From: Folioceros fuciformis
Lineage: Eukaryota
Reading direction: 5' to 3'
Length of the DNA: 35,908 nt
Assembly (NCBI GenBank): GCA_049999805.1
Contig: JBNGIO010004596.1
Location: 1-35,908, forward strand
Under the pieces are notes generated by a model. That model saw nothing but the letters and a program-made list of their open reading frames with translations, made no database searches and was not told the origin of the DNA. A program made the position numbers and the translations under genes. This document shows, one piece after another, positions 23,535 to 34,770 of the stretch (position 1 is the stretch's first letter; each line of letters starts with the position of its first letter).

Positions 23535-26500
23535 ATGCAGCTTTCCTGCATACGTAGTGTGGTTTCAGGGAAGCAAGCTTGGGGGCTCGATGGCGGACGG
23601 GCATTCGAAGAATTGCATTTCAAGAACGCACGTTGGCCATACAACAAGGGGGCAGATGATCAGCTTGGATTTGGGAGGGGGCCATCTGCCCACAAGCTTG
23701 ATGGATGCGAACCATCTCCAGCTTGTGGTGGAAGGACGCGCACAAGTAATGGCGTTGCGCAGAAGGAGAGTCAGGATGTTCTGTGGCAGCTGTTCTTTCA
23801 GGATCCTGCAGAGTGGTGGGACAACAGGGTGGAGAAGCGGAGTTCTCGCCATCCCGACTTCAGGCACAAGACGTGCGACCAGGCTCTGTGGTTGAACGGC
23901 TATGGGAAGCCTGTTTGGGTGGATTCGGAGCTGGCCAGGTGGGATGCAGAGAAGGAGTCTGCGATTGCAGGAAATGGGGAAACTAGAATTATGGTGGATG
24001 GGGGCTTCAGGAATGGTTGTGAGCTGAGAGACGCTGTTGAAGGGTTGGAGTTTATGGTTAAGGAAGGGCGTAGTGTTGGAAGGGGTCTTGTCTATCGTGT
24101 GCTGAAGAAGTGTATGGCACAGAAGGATTTGGGGCTTGGGAGACGTGTTCATGCTCTTTCTCGCAGAGCTGGGTACGAAGGGGATGTGTTTCTGGCCAAT
24201 CACATCATTGGCATGTACGCTGTTCATGGGAAGTTGGAGAAAGCGTTGCAGGTGTTCGTTGATTTGACTGCCCCAGATGTTTATGTGTGGGGGACGATTA
24301 TTTTGGCGCATGCTCGACATGGTAAGTCCAGGGAAGCTATTGCACTGTATCGACAAATGCGGGAGTCTGGTGTGACGGGAGACAACCATGTGTTTGTTGC
24401 AGTTCTTAAGGCCTGTGCTGCTGCAGGGGATCTGGTCTCGGGGAAGGAGGTTCATTGTGATATTCTGGAGAGTGCTGTTGCAGCCGATGTCTTCGTTGAT
24501 AGCAGCCTTGTGACCATGTATGCCAAGTGCGGAAGTTTGGAGGAAGCTCGAAAAGTGTTTGACGCATTGCCCACCAGATCTGTGGTGACGTGGAATGCTA
24601 TGATAGCTGGATATGCTCAGAATGGGCTCGGTCAGCAGGCCCTCGATCTATATGAGATTATGCAGCAAGAGGGATTGACTCCAGCCGATCACGTGACGTT
24701 TGTGTGCCTGCTGAAAGCATGTGCTAGTGTTGCAGCGTTGCGTCAGGGTAAGCAGCTCCATGCACTCATCTGTGAAAGAGGTCTTGAGGCTGATGTGTCC
24801 GTAGGCAGCAGCTTGCTGGACATGTATGCGAAATGCAAGAGCTTAGAAGATGCTCGCACCGTGTTTGACAGCTTGCCGAGTAGAAATGTGGTAACCTGGA
24901 ATGCCATGATGGCAGGGTATACTCAGCATGGACTTGGTGAAGAAGCCCTGGCTCTGTATGCAAGTATGCCACGGGAAGCCAAGTCTGCAGCTGATGTTGT
25001 CACGTTTGCATGCCTCCTGAAGGCATGCGCTCGTGTTGGAGCTCTTCATTACGGGAAGGAGCTTCATGAACAGATGAAAGAAAGGGGGTTGGAAACTAGT
25101 TTGCTACTTGGAAATTGCCTGGTGGACATGTATGCAAAATGCGGGAGCTTGGATGATGCTCGTGGAGTGTTCGACACGTTGCAAACAAAAGATGTGGTGT
25201 CATGGACTGTTATGATTGCAGGATATTCTCACCGAGGGAAGGGACATGAAGCTCTGGCTCTCTACGAGAACATGCTAAAGGAGACTATCACTCCAGCGGA
25301 TCATGTCACATTTGTCTGTCTCCTTCAAGCATGTGCCAGCATCAAAGCGCTGTCTCAGGGAAAGCAGCTTCATCAACAGATCCGTGAAAGATGCCTAGAA
25401 ACGGATCTTGCAATAGGGAGCAGCCTGGTGGACATGTACGCAAAATGTGGAAGCCTGGACGCTGCTCGCAGAGTGTTTGATTTGCTCCCCACAAGGAATG
25501 CGGTTACATGCACCGCCATGATTGCTGGATATGCGCAGCAGGGCCTGGGGTCAGAAGCTTTGGCTCTGGCTGCCAGGATGCAACAGGAGGGCGTGATGCT
25601 AGACAGTCATATCGCGTTTTTGTGTCTCCTTCAAGCATGTGCCAGCACAGGAGGTCTGGAGCAAGGGAAGCAAGTTCATGCTCAAATCCAGCAAAAAGGG
25701 CTCCAAGCTGACGTAGTTATTGGCAACTGCCTGATGGATATGTACTTAAAGTGTGGCAGTGTGGAGGATGCCCAGAGTGTGTTTGACAGTTTAACTGCAA
25801 AAGATGTGGTAACATGGACTACCATGATTGCAGGATACACTCAGCTTGGTCTTGGTCGACAAGCCCTGGCTCTCTATGCGAGTATGCAGCGGGAGGCCAT
25901 GACTCCAGCTGACCGTGTTACATATGTGTGTCTCCTTCAAACATGTGCCTCCGTGGGCGCTTTGCAGCAGGGGAAGCAGCTCTATGCACAGATTCGTGCA
26001 AGTGGCCTGGACGCTGATGCATCTGTTGGTAGTAGCCTGGTCGACATGTACGCAAAATGTGGAAGTTTGGCAGAGGCTCGGGAAGTGTTTGACAGATTAG
26101 CCACAAGAGATGTAGTGACATGGAACTCCCTGCTTAATGGCTACGCTGAGCATGGCGATGGTGAACTGGCCATGCAATTCTTCACGGAAATGCGTCAGCA
26201 AGGTGTTAGACCGGATGGTGCTACCTTCATTTGCCTTCTGGTTGCTTGTAGTCATGCGGGTTTGGTGGACCGGGGCCAGGAGTTTTTCAGGATGATGGTT
26301 GAGGACTATGGCATTCTGCCCACGGAGTGCCACTATAATTGCATGGTCGATCTTCTTGGACGGTCAGGTCATTTGGATGAGGCTGAAGATCTGCTGCAAT
26401 CTAGCTGTTCTGAGAATGATGCTGTGGGCTGGACCTCGTTGTTAAGTGCGTGCAGAAGCCACGCGGACATGGAGCGTGGAAGGCGATGTTTTGACCGTCT

Positions 26501-27026
26501 TGTGCAACTGGAACCCAATAATGCCAGCTCCTATGTGCTCCTAGCAAACATCTACGCAGAGGCAGGGAGGTGGGACGAGGTAGACAGGATAGAAAGTTTG
26601 AGAAAACTAGCAAGTGCTGTAAAGAAACCTGCAAAGGCGTGCATCGAAGTGAAGTCTGAGGTACACGAGTTCCGAGTGGGAGACGAGAGGGCTGACATAG
26701 CCTCAAAGCTCAAAAGCATGAATAGTAGGTTGAAAGAAGAAGGTGGCCATGTCCCGCAAACGGGCTTGGTCCTGAAGGCCGTATCTGAACAGGGGAAGGA
26801 AGATGCCCTGTGTGGACATGCTGAGAAATTGGCGCTGGCGTATGGTCTCGTGAACACTCCTGACGGCACAACCTTGATAGTCACGAAGAATCTTCGCATG
26901 TGCAATGACTGTCACAGCAGCACCAAGATTATGTCACGACTTGAAAAGCGAGAAATCGTTGTTAGAGACGCACACCGAGTACACCGTTTCTTGGACGGCA
27001 TTTGTTCCTGTGGCGATCGGCATTGA
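23535..27026 (+). CDS. PLS-class PPR protein with E1/E2 and a DYW:KP ('DRH') deaminase-like domain plus an N-terminal PDF motif; candidate organellar U-to-C RNA editing factor, 1163 aa
   Basis: Intronless ORF. About 23 motifs (L-S, 6x P-L-S, P2-L2-S2), then E1 and E2. KKPAKACIEV replaces the PG box. HAEKLA and CNDCH zinc ligands. Terminal CSCGDRH. Confidence 0.95.
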   Translation: MQLSCIRSVVSGKQAWGLDGGRAFEELHFKNARWPYNKGADDQLGFGRGPSAHKLDGCEPSPACGGRTRTSNGVAQKESQDVLWQLFFQDPAEWWDNRVEKRSSRHPDFRHKTCDQALWLNGYGKPVWVDSELARWDAEKESAIAGNGETRIMVDGGFRNGCELRDAVEGLEFMVKEGRSVGRGLVYRVLKKCMAQKDLGLGRRVHALSRRAGYEGDVFLANHIIGMYAVHGKLEKALQVFVDLTAPDVYVWGTIILAHARHGKSREAIALYRQMRESGVTGDNHVFVAVLKACAAAGDLVSGKEVHCDILESAVAADVFVDSSLVTMYAKCGSLEEARKVFDALPTRSVVTWNAMIAGYAQNGLGQQALDLYEIMQQEGLTPADHVTFVCLLKACASVAALRQGKQLHALICERGLEADVSVGSSLLDMYAKCKSLEDARTVFDSLPSRNVVTWNAMMAGYTQHGLGEEALALYASMPREAKSAADVVTFACLLKACARVGALHYGKELHEQMKERGLETSLLLGNCLVDMYAKCGSLDDARGVFDTLQTKDVVSWTVMIAGYSHRGKGHEALALYENMLKETITPADHVTFVCLLQACASIKALSQGKQLHQQIRERCLETDLAIGSSLVDMYAKCGSLDAARRVFDLLPTRNAVTCTAMIAGYAQQGLGSEALALAARMQQEGVMLDSHIAFLCLLQACASTGGLEQGKQVHAQIQQKGLQADVVIGNCLMDMYLKCGSVEDAQSVFDSLTAKDVVTWTTMIAGYTQLGLGRQALALYASMQREAMTPADRVTYVCLLQTCASVGALQQGKQLYAQIRASGLDADASVGSSLVDMYAKCGSLAEAREVFDRLATRDVVTWNSLLNGYAEHGDGELAMQFFTEMRQQGVRPDGATFICLLVACSHAGLVDRGQEFFRMMVEDYGILPTECHYNCMVDLLGRSGHLDEAEDLLQSSCSENDAVGWTSLLSACRSHADMERGRRCFDRLVQLEPNNASSYVLLANIYAEAGRWDEVDRIESLRKLASAVKKPAKACIEVKSEVHEFRVGDERADIASKLKSMNSRLKEEGGHVPQTGLVLKAVSEQGKEDALCGHAEKLALAYGLVNTPDGTTLIVTKNLRMCNDCHSSTKIMSRLEKREIVVRDAHRVHRFLDGICSCGDRH

Positions 27027-27269
27027 CGAACTGTTGTTGGGGCCTTGGTGGACGGCAACACCACGTAGGGCACTGCTGAGGGCCCCCATGCCGGTGATGC
27101 TTTTAAGAATTAACCTATCAGAAAACTGACCGCCATGTCTGCACGCATTGCAAAACTGCGGACACAGCATCCCGAAATGTTGTCGTGATGTTTGATCTAG
27201 GCCAGGTACTTAATTGCCCAAATACCGAGCTACAAGGCACACCTCAGTAACGAGTTATGGTCGAAGCAA

Positions 27270-28445
27270 ATATTATAATTCTATGCTCTCCGTTTCTTAT
27301 TTTTAATTTAGAGATATTACTATAAAAATAGAGTTAGACACTTCTTCATAAGATTCTGGAATTAAGTATCCTACGCTTAGATTGGTACTTAGATGCTGAG
27401 CCATATGCCACACTAAAGTAAGGAGTCATAAGCAACTTTAGGTTGAAGCGAAGGAAGATTATAATTATATGTTCTCAGATATTACAACAAAAATAGGGTT
27501 GGACACGTTTCATAAGACTTTGGAATTAAGTATCCTACGCTTAGATTGGTACTTAGATGAGATGCCTAAAGGGAAGGATAGCCTTGGAGAAAATAACTAG
27601 GTATACCATGGTATACAAGGTGCATAAAATCTAAAGATGGATTTCTACGGCACTTGGTACTTCATAATTTTTGTCATTGGTACCTAACAATTTTTTTTCA
27701 TAGTGCCAAGTGCTATGATGGAAATCCATCATTAGGATTGTTAAATACCAAGTGCTATGATGGAAATCTAGCATTAGGATAGAATTCTTCTTCATCTACT
27801 CTTAAAAATAGGAGAATAACCTAATGAAAGGCACGGAAACCAAGAATTCTTCTCCATCTACTTCTAAAAGAAAGAGGAATAGGAACAACATAGTAAATGA
27901 AGTGGAAACTAAGAATTCTTCTCTTCTACCCTAAAAGAGTTCTTCTTCGTCTACTCTTAAAAGAAAGAGGAACAACCTAGTGAATTGTGTGAGACCAAGA
28001 ATTTTTCTCTTCTACCCATAAAAGAAAGAGGAACAACCTAAAAAAAAAGCATAGAAACCGATGGACTAGTACTCGCAATCATGTCTCTCAAAATAACGAA
28101 CCACTCAAAGAACTTCATGATGAACAATGTGAAAGAGTGTACCTAAAAGGTGCTTCTTCTCCAGCGCTTATTGGCATCTCATATGCCACATTGGCCCATG
28201 CTCTCTATAGAGCCATGAATATCTTGTGCCAAAAGAAAGTAACAATACAAGATAGCGGAAAACTAGTTGTGGTAGCAAAACCTTAGGCTTACCTACTAAG
28301 GCTCTACCTTTTAGCATCCAAACTTATCTCACTATCATTGAGACATTAAGTTTCATCGCATAGAGAGCGGTGGAGCTCTTTTTCATCGCATAGAGAGCGG
28401 TGGAGCTCTTGACATGAGAGCGGTGGAGCTCTTGACATGACAGAT
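27270..28445. repeat. AT-rich patchwork of local repeats, probably a decayed non-autonomous element
   Basis: An ~85-bp duplication (27311-27395 / 27477-27560), an imperfect inverted repeat at 27627-27740, degenerate 55-70-bp tandem units at 27780-28040, and GAGAGCGGTGGAGCTCTT x3 at 28351-28440. Confidence 0.6.
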
Positions 28446-28672
28446 GAAGGGTCACCCTAAACCCTTACATAAACCTTTAAACAATTTCTAGCATGTTCTC
28501 TCTATTAGCTCTCAAATTCACCACGGACAGACTAGTGAGTTTCCCAACTAACTTGCGAACAATCTCTTGGTTGACATAACGTCAGATGTTCCTCTCTTCT
28601 TAACAGCTTGCCTCTAGCTTCTCTCCATATCTGGTTAGACGGTTTTTCAATTTAGTCTTTTCTTGGTTTATC

Positions 28673-31600
28673 TTTTTTTTTTTCGCGAAGAAAAGGATTC
28701 TGATTAATCAATGGAAGATGTCTTCCACTTACAAGACATAGGGGGGGGGAACCCCAGCTAACGTATGTACAATGCATGAGCACCATTAGAGGGGGGAAGG
28801 CTGACCTCGTGTCCAGGCCTCAAAGCATGACACTCAGAGAGCCCACCCCCATTCAATGGTGTCAGTAACTGCTAAGACCCTTAGACTTAAACCTCAAAGT
28901 CGAACAAAGATTATAAGGGCTCACCTTCCCCAGGGACACGTGTGATTCCACTGCTCATCATTTCCAAGATCAAGAAAGCCCGCTTGCCTCCATTCTTTCC
29001 GCTTGAACTGTTTCTGACGAGACTGCCTCAAAGCTTATGCTGCAATCAGTAAGTGCTCCCATATGTGCCATAGTAGAGCCTTAGTTGAGGCTGACTCTTG
29101 TCCTCCATAGACTTCTAAGGACCAGTTAACCCAAAGAGAGAAAAGGCACGAAGACCACAGCAAGCCCCACCATTGTGCCTGGATGAGAGGCTTGCCCGAG
29201 ACTGCATCAACCCAAATAAGGCTGATTGTTTCTTGATCCTGAGATTAGTACCAGGAAAAATCTTTTGCAACCACCTATCCACCTCCCTCCAGATTTCTTG
29301 AGCAAAGCTACAATGAAAGAACATGTGTTGACTTTTGTTTGGGGCACTAGAGGTGCAAAGTCGACACAACTCCTCTCTCGTCGCAACTAACAACCCATCC
29401 CAACGGTCCGCATTAGGTATACATGCTTGAAAAAAACACCACACCGTAGTCCTCAGCTTGGGAGGGATTCTTGAAGACTTCCATAGTAGCTTGATAGCTT
29501 CCCTTTGTCGCCGTGCAGATAGTTGCAGCCTGGGAGCCATTGTGTTAGGATGTGTTGTGAAACAAACACATTGGTTGTCGTTGATTGCTTTTATGCGCTC
29601 GAACCATCCAGAGGAAAATGTTTGCCGTAGGGAAGTTGAAGAAAGATCTATGGCAAGCCTCCCTGCAACCTGGACGCCTTGGCCATTTGTATAGGTGTGG
29701 TCTTAAGATCAAACCCAGTTTTCCACCAGCCAAAATCAGCACTGTACCATAGACTTGTCCGAGGGTTGTGGCCCATTAGGTCGTTCGTCTTGAGTGCACC
29801 ATCGCCCTGCTTGAGCAGACTTAGAGAGGACCGTGATAGCCCGCAACTCCCCTCTTCGGATTCCTCCATCTTCAATGCCCTGATCTTCCAAAAGGCCTTC
29901 CAGCGACATGACCTTGAACGTCTGTAACTGCTCTTGAACCGTCGTACTAGAGAGCCAAACAGCCATGTCTAACTCTACGGCATCCTCTTGTTCTTCCTCC
30001 TTAGAGTCCACACCCTGACTGTCCATGGAGTATGCATACCACCCTCAGCGCCCGAGCTAGGAGGTTGCCGTAAAAACTATTGCACCTTATCCTCTAACCC
30101 CTCTCGCAACCATGTAAAAATGAGTTTGACGTGTCGAGCCACTAATCCTAACTCCCCCTTAACCTCGTCCATCTCCTTCCAGTGAGACTCTGATCTACTC
30201 CATAGATGCCCCAGCTGGAAAACTCCTTTTTGGCACGCCAACCCGAAGATTTGAGACCGAAATACCCATAACCTCGAGAATCCTTGCAAAGGAATACCAA
30301 GGACATTATCAATATGCGAAGGGTTACAAGGAATAATGTACTATTTTACCTCTAAGTAACTGCTCCAGATGAACTTGAAGAGTGGGGAGCACTCTGTAGT
30401 ATCAAGTAACGGCTTGTCAGCAAGAATGTTGTCTATAGATCTCCCTCCCCTAGGGACAGCTTGGGTGCAATCCAGATGTTGCGTTAGCCAACTGTTCCAA
30501 GGGTAGTAGGCCGGATCAGCTGCACCGACAACCCATTGAGCATGCAAAACTTTCATCTTAGCAACTGGATCCACTACACCTAGACCCCCCAAACTACGAG
30601 CTTGGATGATGTGGTGCCAAGCCACTTTAGAGCACCCGGCCATGCTATCCCCCAAACGTTTCCATAAAAATGAGGTCAGCACTTGTTGCAACTGCTTCAC
30701 CTCTATCTTGGAGGGGGGCCACAAGAACAAGTAGTACCATAATGAGGCTATAAGCATATGGTTAATCACCACCAGCCTCCCTGCCAGGTTAAGCTCCAAC
30801 AGCTGCAAGCTCGCCGCTTTTCGAAGTAATCTGAGGCACACATACTTCCCTACCTCACCATTCTCATCCCCCTCCTGAAAGGGAAGCCCTAAGTACTTGT
30901 GGGTGGAACCCAAAGTCACACGCCTAATGTGGCTAATGCATTGGGGAAGCTCGCCTTCCATGTGCAGACACATCATGCGAGTCTTGCTCCAATTAACCAG
31001 GCAACTCGATAACTCCCCAAATACCTTAACCTGCTCGAGCAAAGCCTTCAATGAAGCCTCCTCAGCCCAGGAAAAGAGGAGAGTATCATCTGCAAACGCC
31101 AATACCCTTAGCTGCGTTCCGTCTGGATTCCGGATACCTTCCACTGCTGGGTCTTGCTCAACTGCTCGTAGAAAGAAGTCAGTAACAATAATAAACAAGA
31201 ACGGAGCAAGGGGGCACCCCTGACGTACCAAACGACGAATGCCAAAACGCTCCATAAAAGACCCATTGACAGCCACCTTGGCACCTGCATCTTCACACAA
31301 AATGGCTATCCATCTATAGAAATTATTCCCGAAACCAAAACTACGCAGGCATCTCCACAAGAAATGCCACTCAACGGAGTTGTATGCCTTGTAGAAGTTA
31401 AGGGAAATGAAGACGGCAGCTTTCTTCTGTACCTTTATATTGTACTTACTTTCTCGTAGGAGAAGGAGGTTGTTCAAGATGCACCTATTTTGAATGAACC
31501 CTTGCTGCTCCTTCTCTATCCAGTCATCCATAAAGGTTTTGATGCGATTGGCCAAAACTTTAGCAATTACCTTGTAAGTGGTAGTGAGCAAGGTGATTGG

Positions 31601-34600
31601 GCGCCAGTTGGATATAGACAGACTGGCGTCCTGCTTAGGGAGCAAGGAGATGACCCCCATATTGAACCAACTTCCCATGCTACCATCTTCCCAGATCATG
31701 TTCACCACCTCCATGAATAAAGGCTCCATAAACTCCCACCCCCAAAGCAGGATTCATGTTCATGGTGGGATACCTTCATGACCTGGGGATTTATCTCTTG
31801 GCATCCCCTTGAGAGCCAGAAACACCTCCTCTGCAGTTATCGGCTTATCCAGGGCCCTGCGTTGGTCCTCGGAGACTTACCCGAGAGTGAACCATAGGTA
31901 GCTGACCAAAGCTGCTCCCATCCAGCTATCTTCCCCACAAAGAATAAGGTAATGAGTTTTAAGCCTTCTAGCGAGTCTTGCACCACGCCTTGCGCATCGG
32001 AAAGGGCGGGAATTCGCGTCCTACGCCAGTTAGAAGCCACCTTATCGAAAAAGAATTTAGAAGGGCCGTCTCCTTCCCTTACCCACTTAACCTTGGCCCA
32101 CTTAAACCAGCCTCTAGCTCTGTCCTCTTCCAACTTGGCCAAAGCGCACTGCACCTCAATTTTCCTGGCTTCTTCTTCATTTGTGAAGTCCCGGTCTTCA
32201 CAAGCTCTTTGAAACCAGCAGAGCTCCTCCCTCAAGAAACATTCTTGTTGGTGTTGCTCTTTTGCCCGTTGAACCCCTCGCCTCCTCAAATACCTAGTCG
32301 CTTTAGTGTTAGCACACATCAATTTAAGCACCGCATGTTCTGGTCCCTGTTCAACCCCCTGCTAGATGTTCTTGACATCATCAAATACACCTTTTACCTT
32401 CAATAAGGATGTGTTCATCCGAAAATTCTGCATATGCCTCCTTTGATGACAAGAGTTTGGAGCAAGACTCAAATGCAAATTGATTGCGTGGTGGTCGGAT
32501 AGGATCGTACTAGCGAGAATGCTGTACGACTGCGCAAAGGATAGCCATCCTGAAGGAACATAGAACCTGTCCAATCTGCGCGCTCCCAAACTCTGGTGTT
32601 GTTGGTTGGACCAACTGAACATCAAGGATTGTGGTTGGCGGTGCGTTGGGAGGGCCAACCACGGGTCCTGCACTACCAAGACCGTATCTCTCAACTCCTG
32701 CCAAGACATAGGCACCGCCCGGACATCAATTGGGCTATCTCCTCTAATGTCTTCCCGTCTTTCCACAAAGTTGAAGTCACCAGTCAACATCCACAGGATC
32801 TGATCATCCAACTGATCTCCCAGTCTACGCCAGAGACTGCTCCTGTCAAAGGCGGCGTTGGGTGCATAGATGTTGCATATTCTGATGGGGCCTTGTGGTG
32901 TCTGCAACACCAACCACACAAACCTTCCACCCTCATCCTGCCCCGATTCTAGGATGTTGTGAGCTTGTTCTGGGTGAACAGTAATGGACACCCCTCCATG
33001 GGACGCAGACACATGCTGTGTCGACCATTCTCCCCCTCTTGCGTCCTCTGCTCTAGCTGCCACCCATTCTGTTCTACCCGGGAGGAAGATTTTCTTCACT
33101 TTCTGAATATGCTCCATTGAGAGCTTATGTTCCTGCAAGCACACAACATCCCACGTAACCTCCTCGTCAAACAGATGCTTCAATCTTCTACACTTCAAAG
33201 CCGTCTTCGACCATCCTCCCAAACCTCTAATGTTCCAAGAAATGATCCGCAAGTGCATCCCCCTTTCATAGTCTTTCAGCGTGTCAATACCCATTTAACG
33301 GGGTTTGCTTGAAAGATTCTGGATAGCAGATGGCTTGGTCATCCTAGCCCAAGACCTAAACTTGGATCGCTCCAGCTGATCATTAGTTTTTGGCTCACGG
33401 GACCCTCTTTGAAGTCTTTCAGACTTGCGAATGGCTAGTGCACCTTTCCTGTCATAGCCTCCTGTGAGTCTAACAATTTCACCCATCGACGCCTCTAGAG
33501 TCCCCATCATGTCCTTCGTCCAAGGCACGTCCAAAGTCCACCTCCACTCGGGGATAAGCAGCATGGTTGGCCCATAAACATGTTTTAGACAGACTTCAGC
33601 TTAATACTACCCCTCCTTCTGGTAGACACCACTGAAAAACTCTACATCCTTACCGTCTTGACTCATTAGGACCCCTCTGGATGACAAGATGGCAAAAATC
33701 CTCTCTTGTCCTGCATGTAGCTGGTGTAATGTAATGATAAGTGGTAGCTGTTCCCCCCCACTTCCTATCATAACCAGAAAGGAGCAGAAGTCCTAAAACT
33801 TCCTCGTAACCTTTAGGATGACTGAGTAATGTCTGTTTTTCCTCCTAGATATTCCTTCCGACTCCCTGAATTCCTGGCCACTAAGCCTGCTCTTTTCCTC
33901 CTGCGCAGGGAGAGGAAGCCCATATTGTACCTCCTTGACCTGCGCAAGATCCCTCTCCCCAGACCTTAGCGGAGATGTACATCCTTCATCCCCAAAAAAA
34001 ACAGCTTGTACCTCATGCCAGTCCGTTTCATTATCCTCTTCGTCCTCAGCACAAGGAGTGGAGAAAAAGTCGTCCTCCGACGCACATACCGCATTCTCTC
34101 TCATGATGGGACTGTCAAAGGCAAGCATGGATTTATCCATACACGATGCACTAGATTCATCCTCTCTAGAACCCCTTCTCACTTCACTCCTGTGCAGACC
34201 ACATATTGCCAATGGAGCATTCGCATCACCAGACACAATCTTCCGGTGCGTTCTAATTTCCCCCCTCGGCCCATCCAATACTTTGATCTTTTTTCCATCC
34301 GGTGAGGTTATATCCAGGGCCAAGCGCTGAACCACTCTATGCAATGCCTTCCTTGCCTTGGCCACTACAATCTGGTCTTGACGCTTATGCCCTGAAACCG
34401 GATCCTCCGAGAACCGAGTCCTCTTCCCTACAGCTACCTCTTTACTCCTGTATTCAACTCCTTTCAAACCAAAAACTGCCGTTGAGTTCCAAACAGGAGC
34501 AGGCTGGGCAGAGCCTATAGCTGATTCTGGAGTTCCAGCAAGACCAATATCCCCCCCTTGATCCGGAGCCTGTTGAACTGGTGATGAGACTTTGCTTAGC

Positions 34601-34770
34601 AGTGAACCTTTCCCCTGGGAAACAAGTGCATGAGGACCATGAAAAACCATTGAGGAATTCTTCCTCCAATCATTCTCATCCTCTTTAGAGAGGATTTCAT
34701 GCCCTGGCCTCTGGTTCGAGGCCGGAGGAGGCACCCCAACAATGGAATCCTGGGGAGGCAGTCCCGACGA
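28673..34770 (-). mobile_element. L1/Tx1-type LINE, decayed; ORF1 cut at about 34770
   Basis: T11 run at 28673-28683 (polyA tail on the minus strand). ORF2 has APE, RT and zf-RVT domains. Low-complexity ORF1 C-terminal remnants at 33295-34770. Confidence 0.9.
28921..33294 (-). pseudogene. LINE ORF2 (endonuclease-reverse transcriptase) with stops and frameshifts
   Basis: APE motifs ISWNIRGL, LQEHKL, NIYAPN, GDFN, RLDRFY, SDH. RT motifs NWRPITLL, QGCPLAP, FADD, KYLGLP, with LDF.KAYD mutated to LNFYKAYN. C-terminal CRLC...HMFFHC. The 3' boundary is approximate. Confidence 0.9.

Noticed and set aside
23565-24455. 296-aa minus-strand ORF over the PPR N-terminus
   Set aside because: Antisense shadow of the PPR coding sequence with no independent motifs.
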